Origin: an uncultured Gammaproteobacteria bacterium
GTDB taxonomy: Bacteria > Patescibacteriota > Microgenomatia > Daviesbacterales > UBA10151
Assembly: GCA_964523905.1 (NCBI GenBank)
Contig: CAZFYQ010000005.1
Span: forward strand, 10,299 to 74,298
Length of the DNA stretch: 64,000 bases
Reading direction: 5' to 3'
In this document: positions 29,109 through 38,935 of the stretch, piece by piece
How positions within the stretch are numbered: position 1 is the stretch's first letter
Layout of the letters: each line of letters begins with the position of its first letter
The notes under the pieces: model-generated
Told to the model about the DNA's origin: nothing
Databases searched by the model: none
What the model saw: only the letters and a program-made list of their open reading frames with translations
Program-made: the position numbers and the translations under genes

Positions 29109-30401
29109 CTATGGCAGTAGTGATTTCACTAAACTAATTCCTTTTTGAATCATGCCTTTAATTGGTAAACTACCGGATAAAACAGGCATTCTCATTTGCG
29201 GCGATGAGCCTTGCTGCGCCCCATATAAAATTAAGCCGGCACCGGTCGCAAAGGAGGGTGAATCAATCTCATCCACCATACCGGATAAACCTTCAGCTTG
29301 ACCAAGTCTGGCTGGAAAACCTAACACATATTTAGCTTGCTCCATGGCCCCAATAGTTTGTCCACCACCCCCACAAATAACCAGTCCTGAGGGAATTTGA
29401 GTACCAAACCCACTTCTTTTAATTTCTTTACCCACATATTTAAAGATTTCCTGCAAACGGGGCCTAATAATTCCATCCACCACTGATTTGGTAGAGATTT
29501 TCTGTACAGATTCTTCTATTCCTAAAGCTTTGGTATCTAAAAATCCTTCTTCTTTTTTCTTGGTCTTTTCCTCAATTGGTTCTAACCCTTCTGCCAAAGC
29601 CGGACTTTTTTGAATTTTACCCAGAGATAATTTAATTTTTTCAGCTGATTCCAGAGAAATCCGAAGACCCACTGCCATGTCTGAGGTTATATGCCTGGCA
29701 CCAATTGGTACTACTGAAGAATAAGCCACTGATCCATCAATAAAGATCACCACACTAGTGGTTTCTCCACCAATATCCACCACCACCACTCCCAATTCTT
29801 TTTCAGTATCAGTTAATACGGCCAAAGATGAGGCAACTCCGGAAAACACCAGCTCCGAGACATCAATGCCGACCTGGGACACACATTTAACCAGGTTTTT
29901 CATGGATGTAGTTGAACCGGTAATAATGTGCGTTTCAGTTTCTAGCCTGACTCCAGTCATACCAATCGGATCTTTAATACCTTCTTGGCCATCAACTGTA
30001 AAAGTTCGAGGGATCACATGTAGAATTTCACGGGATGTTGAAAGAGGTAAAGCTCTGGCCGCATCATTAACTCTTTGAATATCACTTTCTTTGATTTCAC
30101 CTTCTGGTTCAGAAACTGCTACCACTGCATGTTGATTAACACTCTCAATTTGGGGACCACCTAAAGAGATATAAGCTGATGAAATAGAATACCCGGCCAT
30201 CCGCTCAGATGCTTCAACTGATTCGGTAATGGCCCGGACAGCCTCATCAATATCAACCACCTGGTCTTTTCTCACACCCCGTGAGGGAGTACTGGAAACT
30301 CCAATTAAATTAATTTTACCGTTTTCATCAATTGAGGCAATCAGGGTAGCAATTTTTGATGAGCCAACATCGATTCCACAAATTATTCTGTCCTTTGGCA
30401 T
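29109..30401 (-). CDS. ftsA: cell division protein FtsA
   Basis: GIDVGSSK, PIGMTGVRLE, DIGGETT, AEKIK. Confidence 0.96.
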   Translation of the reverse strand: MPKDRIICGIDVGSSKIATLIASIDENGKINLIGVSSTPSRGVRKDQVVDIDEAVRAITESVEASERMAGYSISSAYISLGGPQIESVNQHAVVAVSEPEGEIKESDIQRVNDAARALPLSTSREILHVIPRTFTVDGQEGIKDPIGMTGVRLETETHIITGSTTSMKNLVKCVSQVGIDVSELVFSGVASSLAVLTDTEKELGVVVVDIGGETTSVVIFIDGSVAYSSVVPIGARHITSDMAVGLRISLESAEKIKLSLGKIQKSPALAEGLEPIEEKTKKKEEGFLDTKALGIEESVQKISTKSVVDGIIRPRLQEIFKYVGKEIKRSGFGTQIPSGLVICGGGGQTIGAMEQAKYVLGFPARLGQAEGLSGMVDEIDSPSFATGAGLILYGAQQGSSPQMRMPVLSGSLPIKGMIQKGISLVKSLLP

Positions 30402-30404
30402 ATG

Positions 30405-31256
30405 TTATTTTTTTGGAGCAAATTTAACCACGGGTTTATCAAACCGCAGATCGATAAACTCAAGGGTCTTATGATCTATTTTAGCCTGACCGTAAATGAG
30501 TTGTAAAGATGCAATTTGTTCGTTAATTTTATCATCAAGTAAAAAGATCATTTTTGGCGTACTACTTATCAAAAGTATGCTTTTTGAGTAGATTTGAGAT
30601 TCCTTTGGATCAATGCCTAAATTCTTGACTGCAGAAAGAATTTTTAAAGTACTAATAATCAGACTTCCGCTTAAAGTTTGACCTAAACTTAAACTAATGT
30701 CACTAATATATACTCGAGGCGCAACAATTTGTTCAATTTTATTGGAATAGATTACTCCATCTACATCAACCAAAAAACTAGGGCCGGATAAATCATTAAC
30801 TTGCGCCGAGCCAGAAGCCTCAGCACTATCTGTTGCCTCGGCTTGACTAAACTGATCCACTAAATTTGCTGATGCTGTAGCACCTTTTTCACCAACCTTG
30901 GTTAAAATTGCAGCGGCAGTCCGGCCACTAATATTTAATATCACTGTACTTGGAAAATTGCGCGAGATCTCAACCATGCCAACGCATAAAAACTTTGTTT
31001 TTAAATTATTAGCGACTGCAGATTTATTCAGCAAGAAAAAGTTTTGCCCGATGAGTCCTGCTTGATCCATGATTTGCTGCTTACTTGCACAGTCAACTTG
31101 ATGAAGATTTACATTAACTGATTTAATATTTAAAAGTCCAATTCGGTAGATAAAAAATCCTAATCCTAAGATTAAAAGAATAAACAGAAAAAATAAAACT
31201 TTAAATAAACTAAAACGCAAAAATCTTTTTGAATTTGGGCGGCGGTTTCTTCTCAT
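30405..31256 (-). CDS. ftsQ: FtsQ/DivIB-like protein
   Basis: TM, POTRA-like region (ISRNFPSTV), C-terminal IDLRFDKPVV; upstream of ftsA. Confidence 0.82.
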   Translation of the reverse strand: MRRNRRPNSKRFLRFSLFKVLFFLFILLILGLGFFIYRIGLLNIKSVNVNLHQVDCASKQQIMDQAGLIGQNFFLLNKSAVANNLKTKFLCVGMVEISRNFPSTVILNISGRTAAAILTKVGEKGATASANLVDQFSQAEATDSAEASGSAQVNDLSGPSFLVDVDGVIYSNKIEQIVAPRVYISDISLSLGQTLSGSLIISTLKILSAVKNLGIDPKESQIYSKSILLISSTPKMIFLLDDKINEQIASLQLIYGQAKIDHKTLEFIDLRFDKPVVKFAPKK

Positions 31257-31262
31257 CTAATT

Positions 31263-32345
31263 TTATCCCCCGGCCAATATCACTGTTTCCAAAGCAAGTC
31301 TTTTGGCAGCATCGGGAATAATACTTTTTTTAGCCAGCTTGGCCTGTTTGGTAATTTGCGGTAACTGACCTAGTATTTGTTTAATTTTATCGGTTAAGCT
31401 ACTACCGGATAATTTTGATTGGGGCAAAATTTCTACTAGTCCTAACTCTTTAAAATATCTGGCATTTTTATTTTGCTCATCACCATATAAATAACCAATT
31501 GGAATTACCAAAGCCGGCTTACCAGTATAAGCTAGTTCAGTTAAAGTATTAATACCGGCCCGAGATACCACTAAATCAACTTGACCTAAAACATCTCCCC
31601 ACTCTTTGCCGATCCATTTTTTAACTTGATAACGATCATTAAAGTTTCCCAGCTTTTCTAATCTTTCAAAATCTTGGAATTTACTATCTCCGGTGACATG
31701 AATTACTGATGCTATTTTGGTAAGTTCTTTTAAACCCTCTTCCACAGCCAGATTAATGGCATGCGAACCTTGGTTACCCCCGGTAATTAAAATGACCGGC
31801 ACTTTATTCTTTCTTGGAGTTTGTTTCCATTCCAAAATTTCTTTACGGATAGGATTACCCGAGAAAAAAACTTTCTTTTTATCAAAATGATTTTCTCCGG
31901 GAAAAGACAAGGCAATTTTATCTGCAAAAAAAGCGCTGATTTTATTAGCCAGTCCGGATACTAAAGTTTGTTCATGCACTAAAATTGGAATGGAAAATAA
32001 CCAACCAGCCAAAACAGTTGGCACTGCCACATATCCTCCAAAAGATAAAATCACATCCGGTTGTTCCTTAATAATAAAAAACAGTGCCATCAAAAATCCA
32101 ATTGGAATTTTCAAAAGTGAAGGAATTGTATAAATAGTAAAAGACCGTTGCAAACGACCAGTAACTATAGGCAAAAACTTTACACCCATTCCCGGTAAAA
32201 TTTGCGACTCAGCAGATTTGGCAGAGTCACCCTCCATAGTGGTTTTTCTTCCCACATAAACAATTTCAACATCCGGATATTTTTTAAGTTCTGCAATCAC
32301 TGCCGCAGCTGGCGTAAAATGAGCTCCGGTAATAAGGACCTTCAT
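31263..32345 (-). CDS. murG: lipid II GlcNAc transferase MurG
   Basis: FGGYVAVP, HEQT, GNPIR, GGNQGS, SRAG, EQNKNA. Confidence 0.95.
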   Translation of the reverse strand: MKVLITGAHFTPAAAVIAELKKYPDVEIVYVGRKTTMEGDSAKSAESQILPGMGVKFLPIVTGRLQRSFTIYTIPSLLKIPIGFLMALFFIIKEQPDVILSFGGYVAVPTVLAGWLFSIPILVHEQTLVSGLANKISAFFADKIALSFPGENHFDKKKVFFSGNPIRKEILEWKQTPRKNKVPVILITGGNQGSHAINLAVEEGLKELTKIASVIHVTGDSKFQDFERLEKLGNFNDRYQVKKWIGKEWGDVLGQVDLVVSRAGINTLTELAYTGKPALVIPIGYLYGDEQNKNARYFKELGLVEILPQSKLSGSSLTDKIKQILGQLPQITKQAKLAKKSIIPDAAKRLALETVILAGG

Positions 32346-32382
32346 GTATTAATTATAACAAGATTGAATCTGGATTATTGGA

Positions 32383-32733
32383 TTATACAAACAATTTACT
32401 GATGCTTTGTAAAATCTTGTGCTTAATTGCTGGATTTAGTTGACCAACAGCATTTTTAATAATAGTTGTATCAGCGGTGAATAATTTATCCGGTCTAACA
32501 AAACTTGTAACTGGTAATTTACCCTTAGAAAAATCGTCAGACTCAATACGAATAGCGGTCTTACTTGTATAGGATTTTGAGGTAATTTGGCATAAAATAA
32601 GATTACCAAATTCAACTTTAGCCAGGACTAGCGCTGGACGAACTTTTTGGCCCTTTAAATTTGAAAAGGGAAATGTGACTAAAACAACCGTACCTACTCG
32701 TAGAGTAGCTTTGCTCACTGTAGACTGGCCCAT
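32383..32733 (-). CDS. PemK/MazF family toxin
   Basis: VLVTFPFSN...KVRPALVL...ILCQITS...SFVRPDKLFT. Confidence 0.9.
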   Translation of the reverse strand: MGQSTVSKATLRVGTVVLVTFPFSNLKGQKVRPALVLAKVEFGNLILCQITSKSYTSKTAIRIESDDFSKGKLPVTSFVRPDKLFTADTTIIKNAVGQLNPAIKHKILQSISKLFV

Positions 32734-32951
32734 GCTTCATCCTCTTCAGGTCGATTCCAATCGGCAGCAAGTGCTTTTTCTGATAGTAAAGCACTGGCTT
32801 CAGTAATGCTCTTAACAGGTGCTGAAACAATTCTTATTTCTCCTTTTTTTACCTGCAACTCAACTTGTTCACCTAGACCACTTTCGCTAAGAACAGGCTT
32901 TGGTATACGTATGCCTCGGGAATTTCCTATCTCGATAATTGTAGTAATCAT
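32715..32951 (-). CDS. AbrB/MazE family antitoxin
   Basis: IIEIGNSRGIRIPK; acidic tail DWNRPEEDEAW; overlaps toxin start. Confidence 0.9.
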   Translation of the reverse strand: MITTIIEIGNSRGIRIPKPVLSESGLGEQVELQVKKGEIRIVSAPVKSITEASALLSEKALAADWNRPEEDEAWASLQ

Positions 32952-32989
32952 TGTAGTCACATTGTAGTCACATATAATATAATTGTCAA
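32939..32989 (-). promoter_or_regulatory. TA promoter with repeated operator-like sites
   Basis: TTGACA-17-TACAAT overlapped by ATGTGACTACA x2 and a third partial copy (ACTACA) just after the start codon. Confidence 0.65.
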
Positions 32990-33029
32990 GCCACTTGACG
33001 GCTGACATATAATCTTATACGCTAATTGT

Positions 33030-33206
33030 ATGGACAATAATTCACCTCAGGATCAAAATACTGATTATTCATCTAGCAACTCAGTTACAATCCCTAGCGA
33101 TCCTCAAGCAAATATTCCTACATCTGTTCCTGTGACATCCGGGCCGACCAGTACTCCCGAAACATTCCGTAAGAAAAAACCAACTGTAGTATATGCGGGA
33201 TATTAA
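33030..33206 (+). pseudogene. 58-aa low-complexity ORF, probable truncated gene start
   Basis: MDNNSPQDQNTDYSSSNSVTIPSDPQANIPTSVPVTSGPTSTPETFRKKKPTVVYAGY*; TTGACG-17-TACGCT 6 nt upstream. Confidence 0.45.
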
Positions 33207-33211
33207 CTCTT

Positions 33212-33820
33212 ATGCCTGAAAAACAAGGTCCGGAATTAAGTAAACAATATGGTACTGATGTTATTAGTCTCACCAGATCTGAATATTTGGACAGTTTTAT
33301 TCATAATTTAACTACCCCAAAAGAACAGGAAGGCGTTCAGGAAGCTCTAGATCTTGCAATCAAAGAAGCACCGGCTGATGCCGATTTCTGTGTGATTAGT
33401 GACCAGGTAGGAGACCGGCTATCCGCCCGCCATTTATTCCGAGCGGCTGCAGAAGCTTACGAATTTTCGTATGTGCAGGAGGCGGGTTATACTGATGCTC
33501 AAGTCCAACACGCAGAAAAATATGCCAAAGCAGTTGATAGTTTCATTAAAGATGATAGTGATTTGATACCAAAGGCCGAAAAAGAAGGATGGCTGTTAGC
33601 AAAACAATCGACGATCGATGCGGTCAATTTGTGTTTGATTAAGGATCATGACTATCGATGGAGCATGGAGTTTCGTAGACAAGTTAATGAAAAATTTCCT
33701 GATTTCCAGCCTGAACCAAGTGCAGCTTTTGTTCGTACCAATGCTTTAGCAGAATCAAGAGACATGGCTACCGAAGCTACTAAGTTTGTTCAAGCATTAG
33801 CAGAAAGACAAACCAACTAG
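33212..33820 (+). CDS. hypothetical protein
   Basis: 202-aa ORF ending flush with the ftsW stop. Confidence 0.72.
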   Translation: MPEKQGPELSKQYGTDVISLTRSEYLDSFIHNLTTPKEQEGVQEALDLAIKEAPADADFCVISDQVGDRLSARHLFRAAAEAYEFSYVQEAGYTDAQVQHAEKYAKAVDSFIKDDSDLIPKAEKEGWLLAKQSTIDAVNLCLIKDHDYRWSMEFRRQVNEKFPDFQPEPSAAFVRTNALAESRDMATEATKFVQALAERQTN

Positions 33821-34918
33821 CTATCCTTGGTGACGCGAAATATTTAGTAAAATTCCCACGGCTGTTAGATTGGCAACCAGAGCTGAGCCGCCATAGGAAA
33901 TAAAAGGCAGCGGAACTCCGGTTAAAGGAAGCAGCGCTGTCATAGAGGATAAGTTAATCACCACCTGAATCCCCAACCAGCAGGTCAATCCCAAAGCCAG
34001 AATTTTTCCAAAAGGATCACTACAATTTTGAGCAATCTTAAAACCACGGAGGATCAATATTGCAAATAAACAAATTAGAAAAAAAGATCCTAAAAAACCC
34101 AGCTCTTCCCCCACAATGGCAAAAATAGAATCAGTAGAAACTTCCGGAATATATTCAAACTTTTGTCTGGAGTGTCCCAATCCCAACCCTAACCACCCAC
34201 CTGACCCTAAAGCAATTAATACCTGCAGTATATGATAAGTAGAACCTTGCGGATCGGAAAAAGGATCTAAAAACGCTAAAATTCTCTTACTTCTGTAGCT
34301 GGAGGTAAAAATTAATACCGCTAAAGCACTTAACCCAGTGGGTATACTTACTAAAATTTGCCAAAGTGGTGCCCCTGATGCAAAATACAATAAAGAAGCA
34401 GTTGCTACAAAGACAATAGCGGACCCCAAATCCCTTTGTAAAACTCCAGTAATAAGTGTTACTCCTAAAACGACTACTAAAAAAGGCGTAAGTCTGGCTT
34501 TTTTTTCAAACATAGCAGCTAAAAAAATTACTCCGGTTAACTTAATAATTTCGGTTGGTTGAATAGTAATCGGCCCGAATTTTAGCCAACGGTGAGCACC
34601 TCCGCCAGAAATCCCAAATCCGGGAATAAATACCGCCAGTAACATTAAAAAAGAGACTAAAATTAAAGGCAGGGCAAAGGTGCGAAACTTTTTGTAATCA
34701 AATCCAATAAAAAAAATCATTGAAGCAAAACCCAAACCCACCCAAATTACTTGCTGTCTAATATAATAGTAGCTGTCATTATAATCTTTTAAGCCCTGGA
34801 CTACGGAAGAGTCATAAACCATGATTAGCCCAAAAACAACTAACCCCAGCACCACTGTTAAAAGTGGTAGATCTAAGGTTCTTTTTTGTGAGTGGAAGGC
34901 AGTGTTGATACGCTTCAT
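33821..34918 (-). CDS. ftsW: SEDS protein FtsW
   Basis: GLIMVYDSS, GAHRW, QPTEIIK, SRQKFEYIPEVSTDSIFA, GVPLPFISYGGS. Confidence 0.95.
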   Translation of the reverse strand: MKRINTAFHSQKRTLDLPLLTVVLGLVVFGLIMVYDSSVVQGLKDYNDSYYYIRQQVIWVGLGFASMIFFIGFDYKKFRTFALPLILVSFLMLLAVFIPGFGISGGGAHRWLKFGPITIQPTEIIKLTGVIFLAAMFEKKARLTPFLVVVLGVTLITGVLQRDLGSAIVFVATASLLYFASGAPLWQILVSIPTGLSALAVLIFTSSYRSKRILAFLDPFSDPQGSTYHILQVLIALGSGGWLGLGLGHSRQKFEYIPEVSTDSIFAIVGEELGFLGSFFLICLFAILILRGFKIAQNCSDPFGKILALGLTCWLGIQVVINLSSMTALLPLTGVPLPFISYGGSALVANLTAVGILLNISRHQG

Positions 34919-35925
34919 CTGGCGCTAGATAAAAGAGCAATCCAAAGACCAATCATCGCAAACAGTCCCTGAGCTAACCAAAATCTGGTGACGATTTTTG
35001 GCTCTTCCCAGCCCATGTATTTAAAATACATATGAATTGGGGCCACTGGGAAAAGTTTTTTATGCAAAAATCTCTTTGATAAAATCTGAAGTAAAGATGA
35101 TCCGCTAATAATCACAAACATTCCACCAATTATTGCCAGTGCTAAAATTTTACCGGTTAATAGTCCCACCACCCCAAGAGTTGCACCAAAGGCAAATGAC
35201 CCGGCATCTCCTAGAAAAATCCGCGCCGGCCAAATATTAAAATACAAAAAGGCAAATAGCGTTCCAATCCAAATCCCAATAAATGAAGCCAAAGTTAAGT
35301 CCAAAGACCGAGATGCTAGCGCCAAAAGCGCAAATAAACAAATTAACAAAAGTCCTCCGGACAAGCCATCAAGACCATCAGAAATATTGTAAGCATTGGC
35401 AAAAGAAATAATGACAAAAGCCGCTAAAGGAATATACCAGCCGTGAATTACAAAATTGCCAATACCGGAAATGTAGATATTATTTAGTCCCACTGTAAAA
35501 TACAAAGCCCCTCCAATTGCTAAAGCCAACAGAGTTTGAATAACTAACATTCTTGTGCGACTTAGCCCAAACATTTTACCGGTTCGCTTAGTTAAAATAA
35601 ACTTCACATCATCCATTAAACCAAGTAGCCCAAATGAAGATAGGGTCAACAGCAAAATTCGAAGACTGATGCTAAGTCCACCGTTAAAAATACCATATCC
35701 TGCACTGATCAAAAGTAACATAATAATTAACAAGATTCCTCCGCCAGAAGGAGTTGTTAAGTCAGATTTCATTAAACGGTCATGAATCGGGGTCTCTGAT
35801 TTTGTCAAATCTGTTGACTGCCTTTGAAAGCGGTTTTTTAAATAATAAAGCAAATCAATAAACGGCACCATGCAAACAGCAGTGGCAGCAAATGATAATA
35901 AAACCAGTCCTAACAGTTGGGTCAT
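34915..35925 (-). CDS. mraY: phospho-MurNAc-pentapeptide transferase
   Basis: TPSGGG, GLMDD, NISDGLDGL, IFLGDAGS, APIH. Confidence 0.94.
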   Translation of the reverse strand: MTQLLGLVLLSFAATAVCMVPFIDLLYYLKNRFQRQSTDLTKSETPIHDRLMKSDLTTPSGGGILLIIMLLLISAGYGIFNGGLSISLRILLLTLSSFGLLGLMDDVKFILTKRTGKMFGLSRTRMLVIQTLLALAIGGALYFTVGLNNIYISGIGNFVIHGWYIPLAAFVIISFANAYNISDGLDGLSGGLLLICLFALLALASRSLDLTLASFIGIWIGTLFAFLYFNIWPARIFLGDAGSFAFGATLGVVGLLTGKILALAIIGGMFVIISGSSLLQILSKRFLHKKLFPVAPIHMYFKYMGWEEPKIVTRFWLAQGLFAMIGLWIALLSSAR

Positions 35926-35942
35926 CTTTACTCGAAAGTCAT

Positions 35943-37076
35943 TTAGACTTTCTCCTCCTTTTTCTTGGCAATTCTTTTAACTACCTCATCTAATCTTACA
36001 GCATGTTGACCCTTAACTAAAACAACGTCGCCTTTTCCTAAGGTTTTCAAAAGCTTACTGACAATTTGAGAATTTTGTAAATTCGTTTCCACCTTCTCCT
36101 CCCAAAAACCCAATCTTTTTAATTCATCGGCAATGAAAATCGTATCCCCCTGGCCTAGAAAACATAGATCAATTTTTTCTTTATAAATTTTTTGTGCCAA
36201 ATGACGGTGGATTTCTTCTGAAAAGCTGCCTAAATCTCGTAATTCCCCTAGCACTAAAATCCGTCTTCTGGCGCTAATTTGTAATAATGTATCAATCGAG
36301 GCTTCCACATCAGCCGGCGAAAAAGCATGCGTGTCATCCAAGATCACTGAGCCGTTTGGTCCATAAAAAGGCTCCATTTGATGCTCAACCGGCTCCAGCT
36401 CCTCCAAGGCAATTTTGATCCTAGTTAATGGAATTTGGTTAAGGATCCCCAAAGCAGCTGCTGCTAAGGCTGAGTAAACATATTGCATGCCCAACAATTT
36501 GAAATTTACCCTGACTCTTTCCACTCCATAATTTAGTTCAAAAGTAGTTCGAAAATTCTCGATTAAAATATTGCCTGCCCAGACCAAACAATTATCAGGA
36601 TCAGTACCAAAAAATACCACCTGCCCTTGACCTTCTTTAACTAACTTTTTACTAGCCGGATCATCAAAATTTAAAATCGCCACCCCTTTTTCACCAATTC
36701 CGGCAATTAATTTTTGCTCTTCCTCAATAATTTCTTCCAACCCACCTAAATGATCACTATGTGCATAGGCAATTTTAGTAACAATCACTGTTTGCGGCTT
36801 GATTAAGCGAAGATATGAGTCGATTTCCCCTTTTTTATGAATACCCATTTCCAAAATTACTTTTTTTATCGAAGGATTAAGATTTAATAAGGCCTGCGGC
36901 AGTGCCGAGTGCGGACTGGCATTTAATTTAGTGGTTAAAGTTTTGTATTTTTTTCTTAAAATAGCCTCACAAGCCTGTACACAGACGGTTTTGCCAATTG
37001 ATCCGGTAACACCGATAAATAGCTCAGGAGAATAAAACTTGGCATATTGTCTGGCCATGAAAGAGAAAACACCCAT
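35943..37076 (-). CDS. murF: MurF-type ligase
   Basis: GVTGSIGKT, LEMG, ILDDT, LVLGELRDLG, VLVKG; lacks the usual N-terminal domain. Confidence 0.8.
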   Translation of the reverse strand: MGVFSFMARQYAKFYSPELFIGVTGSIGKTVCVQACEAILRKKYKTLTTKLNASPHSALPQALLNLNPSIKKVILEMGIHKKGEIDSYLRLIKPQTVIVTKIAYAHSDHLGGLEEIIEEEQKLIAGIGEKGVAILNFDDPASKKLVKEGQGQVVFFGTDPDNCLVWAGNILIENFRTTFELNYGVERVRVNFKLLGMQYVYSALAAAALGILNQIPLTRIKIALEELEPVEHQMEPFYGPNGSVILDDTHAFSPADVEASIDTLLQISARRRILVLGELRDLGSFSEEIHRHLAQKIYKEKIDLCFLGQGDTIFIADELKRLGFWEEKVETNLQNSQIVSKLLKTLGKGDVVLVKGQHAVRLDEVVKRIAKKKEEKV

Positions 37077-37079
37077 TGA

Positions 37080-38336
37080 CTAATTTCCTCTTTCAATCTG
37101 GGCCCCTAAACTCTGCAGTTTTTCAACAACTTCATCATAACCGCGTTCAATTAACTCTGCCTGATTGATCACACTCTCGCCTTTAGCTATTAAAGCAGCT
37201 AAAACCAAAGCCATGCCAGCCCGAATATCCGGAGTTTCCAGGTTCCTACCATGTAGCTTAGTTGGGCCGGAAACTAACACCCGATGAATATCTGCCAGGG
37301 TAATCGCAGCTCCCATGGAAATTAATTTATCAACAAAAAACATCCGTGATTCATACATCCAGTCATGACATAAAGTTACACCCTTAGACTGCGTTGCCAA
37401 AACAATAGCCACACTCATTAAATCAGTGGGGAATCCCGGCCACAAATTGGTTACTAGTTTATGGGGAGCTTTTAATCTTTCAGCATCAACCACCACTTTA
37501 TCCCCATCTGGTTTAATGCGCACACCAAATCGCTTTAAAGGTTCTAACACCGGTTCTAGATCGGTGCCATCCAGTCCGGAAATTGTAATCTGACCTCCAG
37601 TGATGGCCGCTGCCACAGCATAAGTCCCTACTTCCACATAGTCCACCCCGATTTTAAATTTAGTACCATTTAGCTTTTTTACTCCTTGAATTTTTAAGCT
37701 GTCAGTACCAATGCCCTCAATTTGAGCCCCCATTTGTTGTAACATCCGACATAAATCAACAATATGCGGTTCTTTGGGGCAATTTTTCAAACTAACAGAT
37801 TTTTCCCCAAGAACTGAGGCTAATATTAAGTTTTCCGTAGCAGTAACTGATGCCTCTGATAAAAAAATGTGGTGTTTACTGGAAGTATTTTCATTAAACT
37901 TTAAAGTATATTTTAGATCTTCTTTTTTTAGCTCTGCTCCTAAGGCCTTAAAGCCTTCTAAATGAGATCCGATACTCCTTTGCCCGATCACATCTCCACC
38001 TGGATGATAAAAACAAACTTTTCCCATTCTGGCTAAAATACTACCGACCAACACCATTGACCCGCGTAGTTTAGTCATTAACTCTTTGGGCAAAGTGGTC
38101 TGGCGAATCGAAGAGGCTTCTATTTTCAAAGTAGTCTTATCCTTGGTTACTTTCACTCCTAGCTTATTAAGGATTTCCAAATAAACCTGGGTATCTTTTA
38201 GATTAGAGATATTTTCCAGAATTACCTCCTCTTCCGTTAGCAAGGCAGCAGAAACACAGGGAAAAACCGAGTTTTTGTTGCCGGACATGATTACTTCTCC
38301 TTTTAACTGATTCCCACCTTTTATTGTATATTTCAT
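37080..38336 (-). CDS. murA: UDP-GlcNAc enolpyruvyl transferase
   Basis: SGNKN, SVTATEN, WPGFPTD, DIRAG, IERGY. Confidence 0.95.
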   Translation of the reverse strand: MKYTIKGGNQLKGEVIMSGNKNSVFPCVSAALLTEEEVILENISNLKDTQVYLEILNKLGVKVTKDKTTLKIEASSIRQTTLPKELMTKLRGSMVLVGSILARMGKVCFYHPGGDVIGQRSIGSHLEGFKALGAELKKEDLKYTLKFNENTSSKHHIFLSEASVTATENLILASVLGEKSVSLKNCPKEPHIVDLCRMLQQMGAQIEGIGTDSLKIQGVKKLNGTKFKIGVDYVEVGTYAVAAAITGGQITISGLDGTDLEPVLEPLKRFGVRIKPDGDKVVVDAERLKAPHKLVTNLWPGFPTDLMSVAIVLATQSKGVTLCHDWMYESRMFFVDKLISMGAAITLADIHRVLVSGPTKLHGRNLETPDIRAGMALVLAALIAKGESVINQAELIERGYDEVVEKLQSLGAQIERGN

Positions 38337-38935
38337 TACTGTTTTGCTTTAACCCGAAAAACTGCTGATAAAACAATGTGTTTTTTCGGATTTAGGCCGT
38401 CAGCATCAATTTCTTCAATTTCTGAGGCCTGATCCAATACTTTAATACTTTTTGCCCTTGATTGCAAAAATTTTGATAAAAAAAGATTCCCCCCAATGCT
38501 ACCCGGGATTCCAATAAACTCTGCTGTTGATAATCCTGTTACATCAAGATATTCACAGAATTTGCCAATACTAACTCCGGATTCTACCTCTACCATGGCC
38601 TCTTCTACTCCGATGCCAAACTTTGACACTTTACCCTTGACTGAGACTGTTTTAATATTTTTAGTACGGTTTTTAATCACCAATCCTTTAAATCCAAAAT
38701 CAGAGATTAAAATTTTACTGCCAGTGCCAAAAACAAAAATTGGCAAATTTAATTCCCTAGACATGGTTATAATTTTTACCAGTTCTGAGGTAGTAAAACT
38801 AATAAAAAATAAATCCGCCGGCCCCCCGGCTCTTAAAGCTGTATACTCTTTTAAAGGCTCGTTAAATTTAAACCGATCCTTCCCGAAATAATCAACTATC
38901 AATTTGTATTTGTTATCCACGCCCCACCCTCTCAA
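38336..38935 (-). CDS. murB: MurB FAD-binding N-terminal part only
   Basis: YTALRAGGPAD, FGTGSKILISD, GIPGSIGG; no C-terminal domain. Confidence 0.78.
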   Translation of the reverse strand: MRGWGVDNKYKLIVDYFGKDRFKFNEPLKEYTALRAGGPADLFFISFTTSELVKIITMSRELNLPIFVFGTGSKILISDFGFKGLVIKNRTKNIKTVSVKGKVSKFGIGVEEAMVEVESGVSIGKFCEYLDVTGLSTAEFIGIPGSIGGNLFLSKFLQSRAKSIKVLDQASEIEEIDADGLNPKKHIVLSAVFRVKAKQ

